Source of the DNA: Christensenella sp. UBA1685
GTDB taxonomy: Bacteria; Bacillota; Clostridia; Christensenellales; CAG-138
Direction of reading: 5' to 3'
Length of the DNA: 64,000 nucleotides
NCBI GenBank assembly: GCA_002320595.1
Contig: DCKB01000059.1
Location: forward strand, 687 to 64,686
Of this stretch, positions 27,601 to 35,971 are shown one piece after another; positions within the stretch are counted from its first letter, which is position 1, and each line of letters opens with the position of its first letter. Made by a program: the position numbers and the translations under genes. The notes under the pieces were generated by a model that was not told where the DNA came from, did not search any database, and saw only the letters and a program-made list of their open reading frames with translations.

Positions 27601-28664
27601 ACAACGTAATCGAGCGCCGGCTCGAAACAGGCGCAGGTCTTGCCGCCGGTCACAGCGTTCGGGATTTCCGGCAGCGTATAGCCGAGGGCGATTTTCGCCG
27701 CAACCTTGGCGATCGGGTAACCCGTGGCCTTGGAGGCGAGCGCGCTCGAACGGCTCACGCGGGGGTTGACCTCAATGACGGCATATTCAAAGCTTTCCGG
27801 GTTGAGCGCAAACTGGCAGTTGCAGCCGCCCTCGATGCCGAGCGAATCGATGATCCTGAGCGCGGCGGAGCGCAGCATTTGGTATTCCTTATCCGCGAGG
27901 GTGACGGCGGGTGCAATGACAATGGAATCGCCCGTGTGTACGCCCACGGGATCGAAGTTTTCCATGGAGCAGATGGTGATGCAGTTGCCCGCGGTGTCCC
28001 GCATGACCTCAAATTCGATCTCCTTCCAGCCCGCAATGCATTGCTCCACAAGGATCTGGTGAATTGGCGACATGCGAAGCCCGCGCTCCGCGATTTCCCT
28101 GAGCTCGGCCTCGTCCGCCGCGATGCCGCCGCCGCTTCCGCCCAGCGTGAACGCCGGGCGCACGATGAGCGGATAGCCGATCTCCGAAGCGAAGGCGAGT
28201 GCGCCTTCAAGGGATTCCGTTACCATAGAGGGGATGACGGGCTGGCCGATTGCCTCCATTGTGTCCTTGAAGCGCTGGCGGTCCTCCGCACGGTCGATGG
28301 TGTCCGGCTTCGCGCCGAGAAGCTTTACGCCGTGCTCCTCCAGAAACCCCTCTTTGGCGAGCTGCATGGCGAGCGTAAGCCCCGTCTGCCCGCCGAGCGT
28401 GGGCAGGATGCTGTCCGGCTGCTCTTTTTCGATGATGCGCCGCAGCGTGGGCAGCGTGAGCGGCTCAATGTAAACATGGTCCGCCATGTGGCCGTCCGTC
28501 ATGATGGTGGCGGGGTTGGAATTGACGAGGACGACCTCCACCCCTGCGTCTTTGAGCACTTCGCAGGCCTGCGTGCCGGCATAATCGAACTCCGCGGCCT
28601 GGCCGATGACGATGGGTCCCGAGCCGATGACAAGCGTGCGCCGGATGTCCTTATTGAGCGGCAT
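24615..28664 (-). CDS. carB: carbamoyl-phosphate synthase large subunit with in-frame C-terminal DapF-like domain
   Basis: 1349 aa in one uninterrupted frame. About 1070 aa of CarB (two ATP-grasp halves plus an MGS-like domain) followed by about 279 aa of diaminopimelate-epimerase-like sequence. Confidence 0.9.
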   Translation of the reverse strand: MPLNKDIRRTLVIGSGPIVIGQAAEFDYAGTQACEVLKDAGVEVVLVNSNPATIMTDGHMADHVYIEPLTLPTLRRIIEKEQPDSILPTLGGQTGLTLAMQLAKEGFLEEHGVKLLGAKPDTIDRAEDRQRFKDTMEAIGQPVIPSMVTESLEGALAFASEIGYPLIVRPAFTLGGSGGGIAADEAELREIAERGLRMSPIHQILVEQCIAGWKEIEFEVMRDTAGNCITICSMENFDPVGVHTGDSIVIAPAVTLADKEYQMLRSAALRIIDSLGIEGGCNCQFALNPESFEYAVIEVNPRVSRSSALASKATGYPIAKVAAKIALGYTLPEIPNAVTGGKTCACFEPALDYVVVKLPKWPFDKFVYAKRTLGTQMKATGEVMAIGATFEEALMKAVRGAEIGHMSLNTPALEGLSRAELMEKLRVCDDRRLFTVFAACKAGISADEIHAVTKIDEWFLYKLTNLVRLEARLFAEPLTDALYREAKRMGYPDKVIQSISGQEIKTPLLPVYKMVDTCAAEFRAETPYFYAAYAEENEAAEFLARRRGQRKTVLVFGSGPIRIGQGIEFDYASVHCVWALRKRGYEVVIVNNNPETVSTDFDTADRLYFEPLTPEDVMGVIATEKPYGVVVAFGGQTAIKLTNFLSEQGVRILGTPADSIDMAEDRERFDALLTELDIKRPLGRTVMTTDEALAAAAELGYPVLLRPSYVLGGQNMIIAFQPEDVREYMAIILAQGIENPILIDQYLMGTELEVDAISDGTHVLIPGVMEHIERAGIHSGDSIAVYPAWNVDDEMLERIVDCSTRLALSLKVQGLVNIQYLIYGGELYVIEVNPRSSRTIPYISKVTGVPMVELATRAMLGETLPAMGFGTGLYPIPPYVAVKVPVFSFEKLADVDTLLGPEMKSTGEVLGVAGTLSEALYKGLVAAGYQMDRRGGVLFSVKRTDRREIYDTAKRFLHLGCTLYATPGNARALRSAGLPVTEVQKLSTGDDAILRLMDEGKIAYVVSTSSKGRIPTRDSVRIRRKAVEKSIPCLTSIDTANALADSMESRYSQLNTELVDLNHRRRHRERLRFSKMQASGNDYLCFDCRRQRIDNPAGLAVRLSERHFGIGAEGVCLLYPSDRADFRMVVYNLDGTVATMGGNAIGCLAKYAYDRGIIPPERLSVSVETAGGVRAVRLYKRNGIVRAAEVAMGRARFESVAVPVELPVPRVLDYAVDVGRGYRITCVNVGNPHAVAFVEDVDTLDVASEGPLLEHAPIFPERVNAEFVRVLDETTLRMRVWERGSGETWACGTGACAAVAAAVENGLCATDTDIAVKVPGGVLSVRYSSDGSLRMRGEIDLVFEGVVEL
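24618..25454 (-). other. DapF-like (diaminopimelate epimerase fold) domain of the CarB fusion
   Basis: LRFSKMQASGNDY..., NLDGTVATMGGNAIGC (Gly where the first catalytic Cys is expected), VNVGNPHAV, ERGSGETWACGTGACA (second Cys present). Confidence 0.85.
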
Positions 28665-29733
28665 TGACGTTCACCTCCTCCATCAAAGCGATAAATTCAT
28701 CAAACAAAAATCCGGTATCCAGCGGGCCGCCGCAGGCCTCTGGATGAAACTGCACCGAGAAGCCCGGGAATTCCTCGTAGCGCACGCCCTCGCAGGTGCC
28801 GTCGTTGGCGTTGACGTAGGTCAGCTCCGCGCCAAGGCCAAGGCTTTCGCCAACGACGCAGTAGCCATGGTTCTGGCTTGTGATGTAAACCCGGTCCGTG
28901 CGCGTGTTCTGCACGGGTTGGTTTGCGCCCCGGTGTCCGTATTTCATCTTGCGCGTGCGCCCGCCATAAGCGATGGCCATCATCTGGTGGCCGAGGCAGA
29001 TGCCGAACATCGGCACGCCGGAATCGAACAGGCAGCGGATGTGCCGGATGATGGGCGCGTTATCCGCAGGGTCGCCCGGGCCGTTGGAAAGCATGATGCC
29101 ATCCGGATGGAGGGCGAGGATCTCCGCCGCGGGGGTGCGGCCCGGCACGGTGACGACTTCGCAGCCGCGCTTGACGAGCTCCCGGCGGATATTCGCTTTT
29201 GCGCCGTAATCGCACAGCACCACGCGGCGTCCCTGCCCTTCCGAAAAGCTCTGCCTGCACGTAACGGATTCCACCGCTTCCCGCACGCGGTAATTGCGCA
29301 GGGCGCGCTTGTGCGCATCCGAAAGCACCGGCTCGGCGGAAAGCACCGCGTTCATCACGCCGCGTTCCCGTACGATGCGCGTAAGCTGCCGGGTGTCCAC
29401 GCCCGCAAGGCAGGGCACGCCTTCCGCGCGGAGCCATTCCGAAAGCGCGCCAGCAGCGCGAAAATTGGAAGGATCGGCGCAGAGGTCGCGCACAATGTAC
29501 GCGCGCACATGCGAGTGCGCGCTTTCAAAATCGCCGGGGATCACGCCATAGTTGCCGATAAGCGGGAAGGTTTGCATTACGATCTGCCCATAGTAACTCG
29601 GGTCTGTCAGCGTTTCAAGGTAGCCCGTCATGCCGGTGGTGAACACCAGTTCGCCCACAGTGTTCGCCTCTGCGCCGCAGTGCACGCCGGGAAATGCCTG
29701 CCCATTTTCCAGGATCAAATACCCTTTTTGCAT
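28651..29733 (-). CDS. carA: carbamoyl-phosphate synthase small (glutaminase) subunit
   Basis: 360 aa. GICLGHQ catalytic Cys motif and the HPE triad region. Overlaps the carB start by 14 nt. Confidence 0.95.
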   Translation of the reverse strand: MQKGYLILENGQAFPGVHCGAEANTVGELVFTTGMTGYLETLTDPSYYGQIVMQTFPLIGNYGVIPGDFESAHSHVRAYIVRDLCADPSNFRAAGALSEWLRAEGVPCLAGVDTRQLTRIVRERGVMNAVLSAEPVLSDAHKRALRNYRVREAVESVTCRQSFSEGQGRRVVLCDYGAKANIRRELVKRGCEVVTVPGRTPAAEILALHPDGIMLSNGPGDPADNAPIIRHIRCLFDSGVPMFGICLGHQMMAIAYGGRTRKMKYGHRGANQPVQNTRTDRVYITSQNHGYCVVGESLGLGAELTYVNANDGTCEGVRYEEFPGFSVQFHPEACGGPLDTGFLFDEFIALMEEVNVNAAQ

Positions 29734-29774
29734 CGAAGCCTCCTGTATATTGAATCATTACAAACGCACAATCT

Positions 29775-29794
29775 GACTAATTATACAATTAGTC
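29775..29794. promoter_or_regulatory. perfect palindrome overlapping a TATAAT box upstream of carA
   Basis: GACTAATT-ATAC-AATTAGTC. The minus-strand TATAAT (29780-29785) lies inside it, about 45 nt upstream of the carA ATG. Confidence 0.45.
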
Positions 29795-30218
29795 CGTATA
29801 AAAATAAAGAGGGAAAACAAAAAAAGTTCGCGCAAAATTGAGTGCGGCAGGACAGGTTGTTCTGATTTGCCAATATATGAATAAATTATGAACGGATAGA
29901 AAGAAAGCGCTTCCAAAGCGTGTAGGTTCGTGTTATACTAAATTATATATTCTTTGAGACAGATGCCAGCGGCATTTTTGGCGCGCCCGGGCGGACGGAA
30001 AACCGGAGTGCGTTTTTGAAAAGCGTGTTACGTCCGGAGAAAAGCCCTTTTGCAAACAAGGCGGAAACACAATAGAATCCTTCGTTTTACAGGCACATAT
30101 AAAGAAAAAACAATAACGGTTTAAATCTAATGCATTGTATATTATTCAAGCAAAGACTTGAAAAATATGTGGATTTATACACGGGCAGAGCAGCCCGGCT
30201 TTTTGCCTGCCGGAAAAG

Positions 30219-30245
30219 CGGGAGAACCCGCTTGGGGTTCTCCCG
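30219..30245 (-). terminator. hairpin downstream of the small membrane protein gene
   Basis: CGGGAGAACCC-GCTT-GGGGTTCTCCCG. Confidence 0.6.
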
Positions 30246-30252
30246 TGCTGCA

Positions 30253-30459
30253 CTAAAACAGGGAGCGGAAGAACATCGTGACGCCCAGCACGATGAGCGG
30301 GATGCCCACGATTGCACCGATGATGGTGCAGCTAAGCGCCACGCCGGCTGCGGCCAGAATAAGCCCCAGGATCATCGAAAACAGTTTGCCGATTCCAAGG
30401 AAAATCACGCCGACAAGGCTCCACACCATGCGGAACGGCCAGGTTAAAACGCGCAGCAT
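30253..30459 (-). CDS. small two-TM membrane protein
   Basis: 68 aa, almost entirely hydrophobic. GAAGGAGG RBS upstream. Confidence 0.6.
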   Translation of the reverse strand: MLRVLTWPFRMVWSLVGVIFLGIGKLFSMILGLILAAAGVALSCTIIGAIVGIPLIVLGVTMFFRSLF

Positions 30460-30690
30460 CGCAAGTACCTCCTTCGCTGAAAAGAACTCGTTTTATTCGT
30501 ACCATTGGCTGACAGGGATTTCCCTGCATGGATACATCATAGCACAGGGAAGGCGCTCGCGTGCGGATTTTAATGAAATTCTAATGAAACATTAACCACG
30601 GCGGCAGGGCGTTCAACGATCCTTGCAGCATACAGGTGAGGCGCAGAGCGCTGCCCGAGAGCGAATGCGGGAGACAAAACCTGTGAAAAC

Positions 30691-30721
30691 TCGAAAAAGT
30701 GGCCGTGAGCCACTTTTTCGA
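30691..30721. repeat. hairpin family H copy 2
   Basis: TCGAAAAAGTGGC-CGTGA-GCCACTTTTTCGA. Confidence 0.85.
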
Positions 30722-30768
30722 CAGTCTGAGGCGCGCCCCAAACGTTTGCTTCAAGGTGTCAAGCACCG

Positions 30769-31845
30769 TTACGGCATCACAACGGGAATGAATTCCAGCA
30801 TTGCCGCAACAAACCTGTCCGGCTTTTCTTCGTGCATCAGGTGGCCTGCGTTGCGCACGACCGCAAACCCTGCGTTGCGCAGCGCCGCATGGTACAGCTC
30901 ACAGCTTTCTGCGCTGTGCCACTTATCCTCCGCTCCCATAAGGATGAGCGTGTCCGCGGTGAGCGTGCGCAGGTTTGCGATGATCTCCTCATCTTCAAAG
31001 TATTGCAGCGAAAGGCGAACTGCCCTGCGGCCTTCCGGGTCGGAAGTCGGGCGGTAATATTCCTGCACCACATCCGGCGTGATGTTGGTAAGGTCAAACA
31101 CGGCGTCATGCAGCAGCTTTTCCACCGTGCGGAGGCCGTACAGGCGGCTTGCGAGGAAGCCCAGCATGGGGCTGTCGATCATGCGGATGGAAAGCGGCAT
31201 CTCCGGCGTAACGCCGCCGGGCGATACGAGCACCAGCCTGCCCACGCGCGAAGGGTTTTGCATGGCGAACTTGAGCGCATAGGCGCTGCCCATGGAAAAA
31301 GCGGCAAAATGTGCGGATTCAATGCCGAGCGCATCCATAAACAGGCGAAGCGCTTCTGCGTGCTCTTCGATGGTATAGCCAAACGTCAACGGCCGGTCGG
31401 AATAGCCATGCCCCAAAAGGTCCGGCGCAATAACGCGATAATGCTCGCTCAGGCGGTTGAACACACGGCGCCAGGTGTAGAACGACTGGCCAACGGTGTG
31501 CACAAGGATCAGCGGTTCCCCCGTCCCCGCTTCAATGTAGTGGATGCGCGCACGTTCATGCTGCGCTTCCGCCACAGGCTCCGTGGCGGGTTCCGCCGCC
31601 TCCAAAACATCGCTGCCGGGCGTGTCCTCGCCGGGCGCATCCTCGCCGGGCACATCCGCCGCCTCAGATTCGGGTGCGCCCGCGTTTTCCGCATCCGCGG
31701 GTTCTGCAGCCTCCGGCACAGGCGCGGGCGCGGCTTTTTTGGCGCGCGGGCGGCGCACCTCCAGCTCGCCGGGCAGCTCAATTTCGATATACTCGCCCGT
31801 ATGTTCGGAATTGATGAATTTCTTGACTTCAAGCGATAAACTCAC
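30769..31845 (-). CDS. alpha/beta hydrolase with acidic Pro/Ala/Glu-rich N-terminal extension
   Basis: 358 aa. AFSMGSAY nucleophile elbow (G-x-S-x-G-like) and C-terminal GHLMHEEKP. About 90 aa of low-complexity N-terminal region. Confidence 0.85.
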   Translation of the reverse strand: MSLSLEVKKFINSEHTGEYIEIELPGELEVRRPRAKKAAPAPVPEAAEPADAENAGAPESEAADVPGEDAPGEDTPGSDVLEAAEPATEPVAEAQHERARIHYIEAGTGEPLILVHTVGQSFYTWRRVFNRLSEHYRVIAPDLLGHGYSDRPLTFGYTIEEHAEALRLFMDALGIESAHFAAFSMGSAYALKFAMQNPSRVGRLVLVSPGGVTPEMPLSIRMIDSPMLGFLASRLYGLRTVEKLLHDAVFDLTNITPDVVQEYYRPTSDPEGRRAVRLSLQYFEDEEIIANLRTLTADTLILMGAEDKWHSAESCELYHAALRNAGFAVVRNAGHLMHEEKPDRFVAAMLEFIPVVMP

Positions 31846-32103
31846 GAAAGTCCTCCTAAGGTTCCAACCGGATACATATTCAGTTTATTCTACTATTTTT
31901 CCCATTCGTTTGCAAGCAATTTGGGGGAGTGTGACGCGGATTCATGGTTTATTTACAGTTTTGTGGGTTCGCGGGCGCTTGGTCATGAAACGTTTACTGT
32001 TCATTTGGAAGGGGATATGATAAAATATGCTTTAAGCGCTTCGCGGCGTGGGAAAGCGCGGTTTTTATGCGCCCCAAAGCGACAAGAGGAAAAGGATGAA
32101 GAA

Positions 32104-35100
32104 ATGAAATTACGCGTAAAAAAGCTTTTGTTCATATTGATTTTGGCCGTGGCGCTCATCGTGGCGCTCGTGATTTACTGCACGGGCGGCACAGGCGGCG
32201 GCAGCAATTCGCACACCGTTCAAAGCACGCTTGCCCTGAGCGAGGTCATGACGAGCAACAAGGGCTCCGTGCCGGATGAAAACGGTAACTACCCGGATTG
32301 GGTGGAGCTGAAGAACACCGGCAGCACCACCCTTGATGTGGGCGGCTTTGGCCTTACGGATGACCTTACTGCGGGAGTAAAGTATGTGTTCCCGAGCGGC
32401 ACCAAGGTTGAAGCGGGCGGTTACATCGTGGTCTGGTGCAGCGGGGAGAGCACGGGCGGCCTCGTCGCTCCGTTCAGGCTGTCCGCTTCCGACAGCCTGG
32501 TGCTTCTCGATGTAACGGGCAACACGCTGGACACGCTTGTCCTGCGCGCGGTCGCCTCCGGCAACACGCTTGCAAAGGATGCTTCCGGCGCCTGGACTGA
32601 AATGAAACCGTCTCCGGGATATGACAACACCGAAGCGGGCGCGGCCGCGTTCGAGGCCTCCCTTCAGGGCGATGAGGATCTTGGCGTCACCATCAATGAA
32701 TTCATGGCCGCGAACGCCACCACGCTCGCGGATGCATACGGCGTGTATTCGGACTGGATTGAGCTTTACAACAGCAACGATGCCGAGGTTGACCTTTCCG
32801 GCTGCGGCCTTTCGGATACGCTTTCGCAGCCGAAAAAATACACGTTCCCGGAAGGCACGGTCATCCCGGCAAAGGGGTATCTTGTCATCTTCTGCTCCGG
32901 AAACGAGGGCTTCACGGAATCGGGCGAGCTGCACGCGCCGTTCGGCCTCAGGGCCTATCAGGAGGACGTGGTGCTTTCCGGCAAGCGCGGCACCATTTTG
33001 GACAGCTTCTCCTATTCCGCGCAGGAAACGGACTGTTCCATGGCGCGCATGCCGGACGGCACGGGGGAATTCGCGCAAACCTCCCACCCCACACCCGGCT
33101 ATGCCAACGATGACGCGGGATATCAGGCCTTCGCAGCAAGCGTGGCCCGCCTGAAAAGCGATGTTTACATCTCCGAGGCGCTCGGCAAGAACATCAGCGC
33201 CAAGGCCGCGCCGGACGGAGAATATTACGACTGCATAGAGCTGAGCAACCGGGGGACGGAAACCGTCTCCCTTTCTGGCTGCGCGCTTTCCGACAATCCC
33301 AAGAACCCGGCAAAGTGGGTTTTCCCGGAAGGCACGGAGCTTGCGCCCGGGGAGTATCTTGTGGTGTATGCCTCCGGCGGAAATAAGAAGGATGCCAGGA
33401 ACGACCTGCACACGAACTTCAACTTAAGCGCCGCGGGCGCTTCCATTTATTTGTTCGGTGCGGACGGGCTTTTGATGGACAAATTGCAAACCGGCGCTTT
33501 TTTGAACGACATGAGCTATGGCCTGGATGCGGACGGGAGGTATGCATGCTTTGAAACGGCGACGCTTGGCGCGGCGAATGGCGCCGGGCGGAAGGGCGTG
33601 ACGGGCATGGTACAGTTTTTGACCACGCCGGGCATTTACGACGGCGAGATCGAGATCGCGCTTTCCGCACCTCAGGGCGAAACCATCCACTACACGCTCG
33701 ATTGTACGACCCCCACGCCAAACTCCCCGGTATATGACGGCCCCATCAAGGTTGCGAAGAATACCGTAGTGCGCGCGGTTTCTATGCGCGAAGGATATGT
33801 GACCAACTACACCGTATCCGGCACGTTCCTTTTTAAAAGCGACGATGTAAACCACAGCCTGCCCGTTGTGACGCTTGTGACGGACCCGGACAACCTCTGG
33901 AGCAACGAGAAGGGCATATACGCGTTCGGCGAAAATTACGACCCAACGCTTGCCTATGGCGATGCGATTACTACGGCAAACTTCTGGAAATCCAAAACCG
34001 CGCCCGATGAATGGGAGCGGCCGGGCTGCCTCGGCGTGTTTGACGAAAGCGGGCGCGAGGTTTTTTCCCAAAACATCGGCATGCGCATTGCGGGCAGCTT
34101 TGGGCGCGGGCGCGCGCAGAAGGGCTTCAACCTCATTGCGCGGGACGCTTATGGCGACAACCGCATGGCATACCCTTTTTTTGAGGATTTGGACTACACG
34201 GAATATAAATCGATCGTCCTGCGCGCGGGGGCGCAGGATCAGAACAGCGGCAAGTTCCGCGATGAGCTGGCGGCGGGCCTGCTCGTGGGCAGCGACGTAA
34301 ACTTTCTCTATCAGGCATATAAGCCCTATGTGCTTTACCTCAACGGCGAATACTGGGGCGTGTATTTCATGAAGGAAAAACGCAACCGCTTCTTCGTTGC
34401 GCAGCACGAAGGCACGGACGACACCGTGAACATGGACATCATCCGTTCGGCGGGCAAAGGTTCTGTTTACTATGGCTCCAACGCGGAGTGGCAGGAGTTT
34501 ATGACATGGCTCAACGGCACGGGAAACGACCTTTCTTCCGCCTCGAATTATGCCTACGCAGAGGAGCGCGTGGATCTCGACAGCTTCATGGATTACATGA
34601 TCTGCGAGATCTACTCCGCCAATTCCGATGTTTGGAACATCCAGTATTACAAGATCAAGGGCGGCAAGTGGAAATGGATTTACTATGATTTTTGCTGGAG
34701 CTTCGGCGCAAGCGAGAACCGCACCAATCATCAAACCCTTTCCATCCGCAGGCTGTCCAGCAAGCCCTGCTCCGACCTGTTCAACGCACTTTTGAAGAAC
34801 AGCGACTGGCGCGACCGCTTCTGCCGCCGCTTCGCGGAGCTGCTCAACACGATTTATGCCCCGGAGACCGTGCTTGCAAAAATCGATGAACTGTACGCCC
34901 AGGTGGAGCCGGAAGTGGCGCGCGAACGGGAAAAGTTCAACGGCGAAACATGGCTTGGCGTCAAGCAGCACAACGAAGTGCGCGGCACCTATGAAGGCTT
35001 CATAAAGCAGGTGCAAATCATGCGCGAATTTGCATCCGGCCGCCCGGAGTCGCTCAAACAGCAGATTCAAAAGGAATTCGGCCTTTCCGATTCGTATATG

Positions 35101-35118
35101 CAGGAGGTGTTCGGATGA
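32104..35118 (+). CDS. membrane-anchored CotH kinase family protein with three lamin-tail-like repeats
   Basis: Start at MKLRVKKLLFILILAVAL (TM anchor). Three internal repeats (…PDWVELKN…, …SDWIELYN…, …YDCIELSN…), a chitobiase-C-like module, then a CotH-like C-terminal half. Confidence 0.85.
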   Translation: MKLRVKKLLFILILAVALIVALVIYCTGGTGGGSNSHTVQSTLALSEVMTSNKGSVPDENGNYPDWVELKNTGSTTLDVGGFGLTDDLTAGVKYVFPSGTKVEAGGYIVVWCSGESTGGLVAPFRLSASDSLVLLDVTGNTLDTLVLRAVASGNTLAKDASGAWTEMKPSPGYDNTEAGAAAFEASLQGDEDLGVTINEFMAANATTLADAYGVYSDWIELYNSNDAEVDLSGCGLSDTLSQPKKYTFPEGTVIPAKGYLVIFCSGNEGFTESGELHAPFGLRAYQEDVVLSGKRGTILDSFSYSAQETDCSMARMPDGTGEFAQTSHPTPGYANDDAGYQAFAASVARLKSDVYISEALGKNISAKAAPDGEYYDCIELSNRGTETVSLSGCALSDNPKNPAKWVFPEGTELAPGEYLVVYASGGNKKDARNDLHTNFNLSAAGASIYLFGADGLLMDKLQTGAFLNDMSYGLDADGRYACFETATLGAANGAGRKGVTGMVQFLTTPGIYDGEIEIALSAPQGETIHYTLDCTTPTPNSPVYDGPIKVAKNTVVRAVSMREGYVTNYTVSGTFLFKSDDVNHSLPVVTLVTDPDNLWSNEKGIYAFGENYDPTLAYGDAITTANFWKSKTAPDEWERPGCLGVFDESGREVFSQNIGMRIAGSFGRGRAQKGFNLIARDAYGDNRMAYPFFEDLDYTEYKSIVLRAGAQDQNSGKFRDELAAGLLVGSDVNFLYQAYKPYVLYLNGEYWGVYFMKEKRNRFFVAQHEGTDDTVNMDIIRSAGKGSVYYGSNAEWQEFMTWLNGTGNDLSSASNYAYAEERVDLDSFMDYMICEIYSANSDVWNIQYYKIKGGKWKWIYYDFCWSFGASENRTNHQTLSIRRLSSKPCSDLFNALLKNSDWRDRFCRRFAELLNTIYAPETVLAKIDELYAQVEPEVAREREKFNGETWLGVKQHNEVRGTYEGFIKQVQIMREFASGRPESLKQQIQKEFGLSDSYMQEVFG

Positions 35119-35810
35119 GCAAGATCCCACAGTACAGGCACGAGCTGAAATATTACATCAATCAGGGCGCATACACGTTCCTTTCCAAGAAGCTTTCGCT
35201 CACCATGGAGCAGGACAAGTATGCCCGAAAAAACGGCGGGGAATATTTGATCCGCAGCCTGTATCTTGACGACATGGACGATTCCGCTTTCCGCGAAAAG
35301 CTGGATGGCATCGACAACCGGGACAAGTTCCGCATCCGCATTTACAATATGTCGGATGCGGCGATCAAGCTTGAATGCAAGCACAAGGAGGGCGGCTACA
35401 TCAAGAAAACCTCCCTTGCGCTTTCCCGGGAGGAATACGAGCGGCTCAGAAAAGGGGATTATACCTTCCTGCTGCACCGGCCGGAGCCGTTTGCGCGGCG
35501 CATGTTTGCGGAGTTTGCAACAAAGCCGCTGAGGCCCTGCGTGATTGTGGATTATATGCGTGAGGCGTATACCTTCCCCGTGCAGGATGTGCGCGTGACG
35601 TTTGACAAGGATGTGCGCACCGGCTACCGCAGCACGGACCTGTTCAACGCGCACATCCCCACATACCGCGTGATCGACGATTACGACATGGTGCTAGAGG
35701 TGAAGTTCAACCAGCACCTGCCCACATACATCCGCTCGCTTTTACAGCTTGACGCACATGTGCGCAGCGCGGTCAGCAAGTACTGTTTGTGCAGGAAATT
35801 TGAATTGTAA
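35115..35810 (+). CDS. VTC-domain (polyphosphate-polymerase-like, triphosphate-tunnel fold) protein
   Basis: 231 aa. N-terminal YRHELKYYI, IRSLYLDD and FRIRIYN are typical of bacterial VTC-domain proteins. ATG overlaps the CotH stop (ATGA). Confidence 0.82.
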   Translation: MSKIPQYRHELKYYINQGAYTFLSKKLSLTMEQDKYARKNGGEYLIRSLYLDDMDDSAFREKLDGIDNRDKFRIRIYNMSDAAIKLECKHKEGGYIKKTSLALSREEYERLRKGDYTFLLHRPEPFARRMFAEFATKPLRPCVIVDYMREAYTFPVQDVRVTFDKDVRTGYRSTDLFNAHIPTYRVIDDYDMVLEVKFNQHLPTYIRSLLQLDAHVRSAVSKYCLCRKFEL

Positions 35811-35829
35811 GGCAATTCGGGTCCAATTG

Positions 35830-35861
35830 ATAATTGACAATGCACGATTGTCAATTATACT
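35830..35861 (+). promoter_or_regulatory. promoter embedded in a 12-bp-arm perfect palindrome
   Basis: ATAATTGACAAT-GCACG-ATTGTCAATTAT (35830-35858). TTGACA (35834-35839), 16 nt, TATACT (35856-35861). Confidence 0.5.
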
Positions 35862-35971
35862 GAAAAGCAGGCTGCTGCATAAAATGGCAGATTGAATTCA
35901 GCGAACCAAAGGCAGCAATGCAGAGCGGGCATTGCCCATTGTAATTTATAAATTGACACGGAGGTTTTCCC

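Noticed and set aside
30032-30046. GUCCGGAGAAAAGCC resembling a PyrR-binding loop, suggesting pyrimidine attenuation of carAB.
   Set aside because: The motif is on the plus strand whereas carA is transcribed on the minus strand. The match to the PyrR consensus is imperfect, and no terminator/antiterminator pair is evident on the correct strand.
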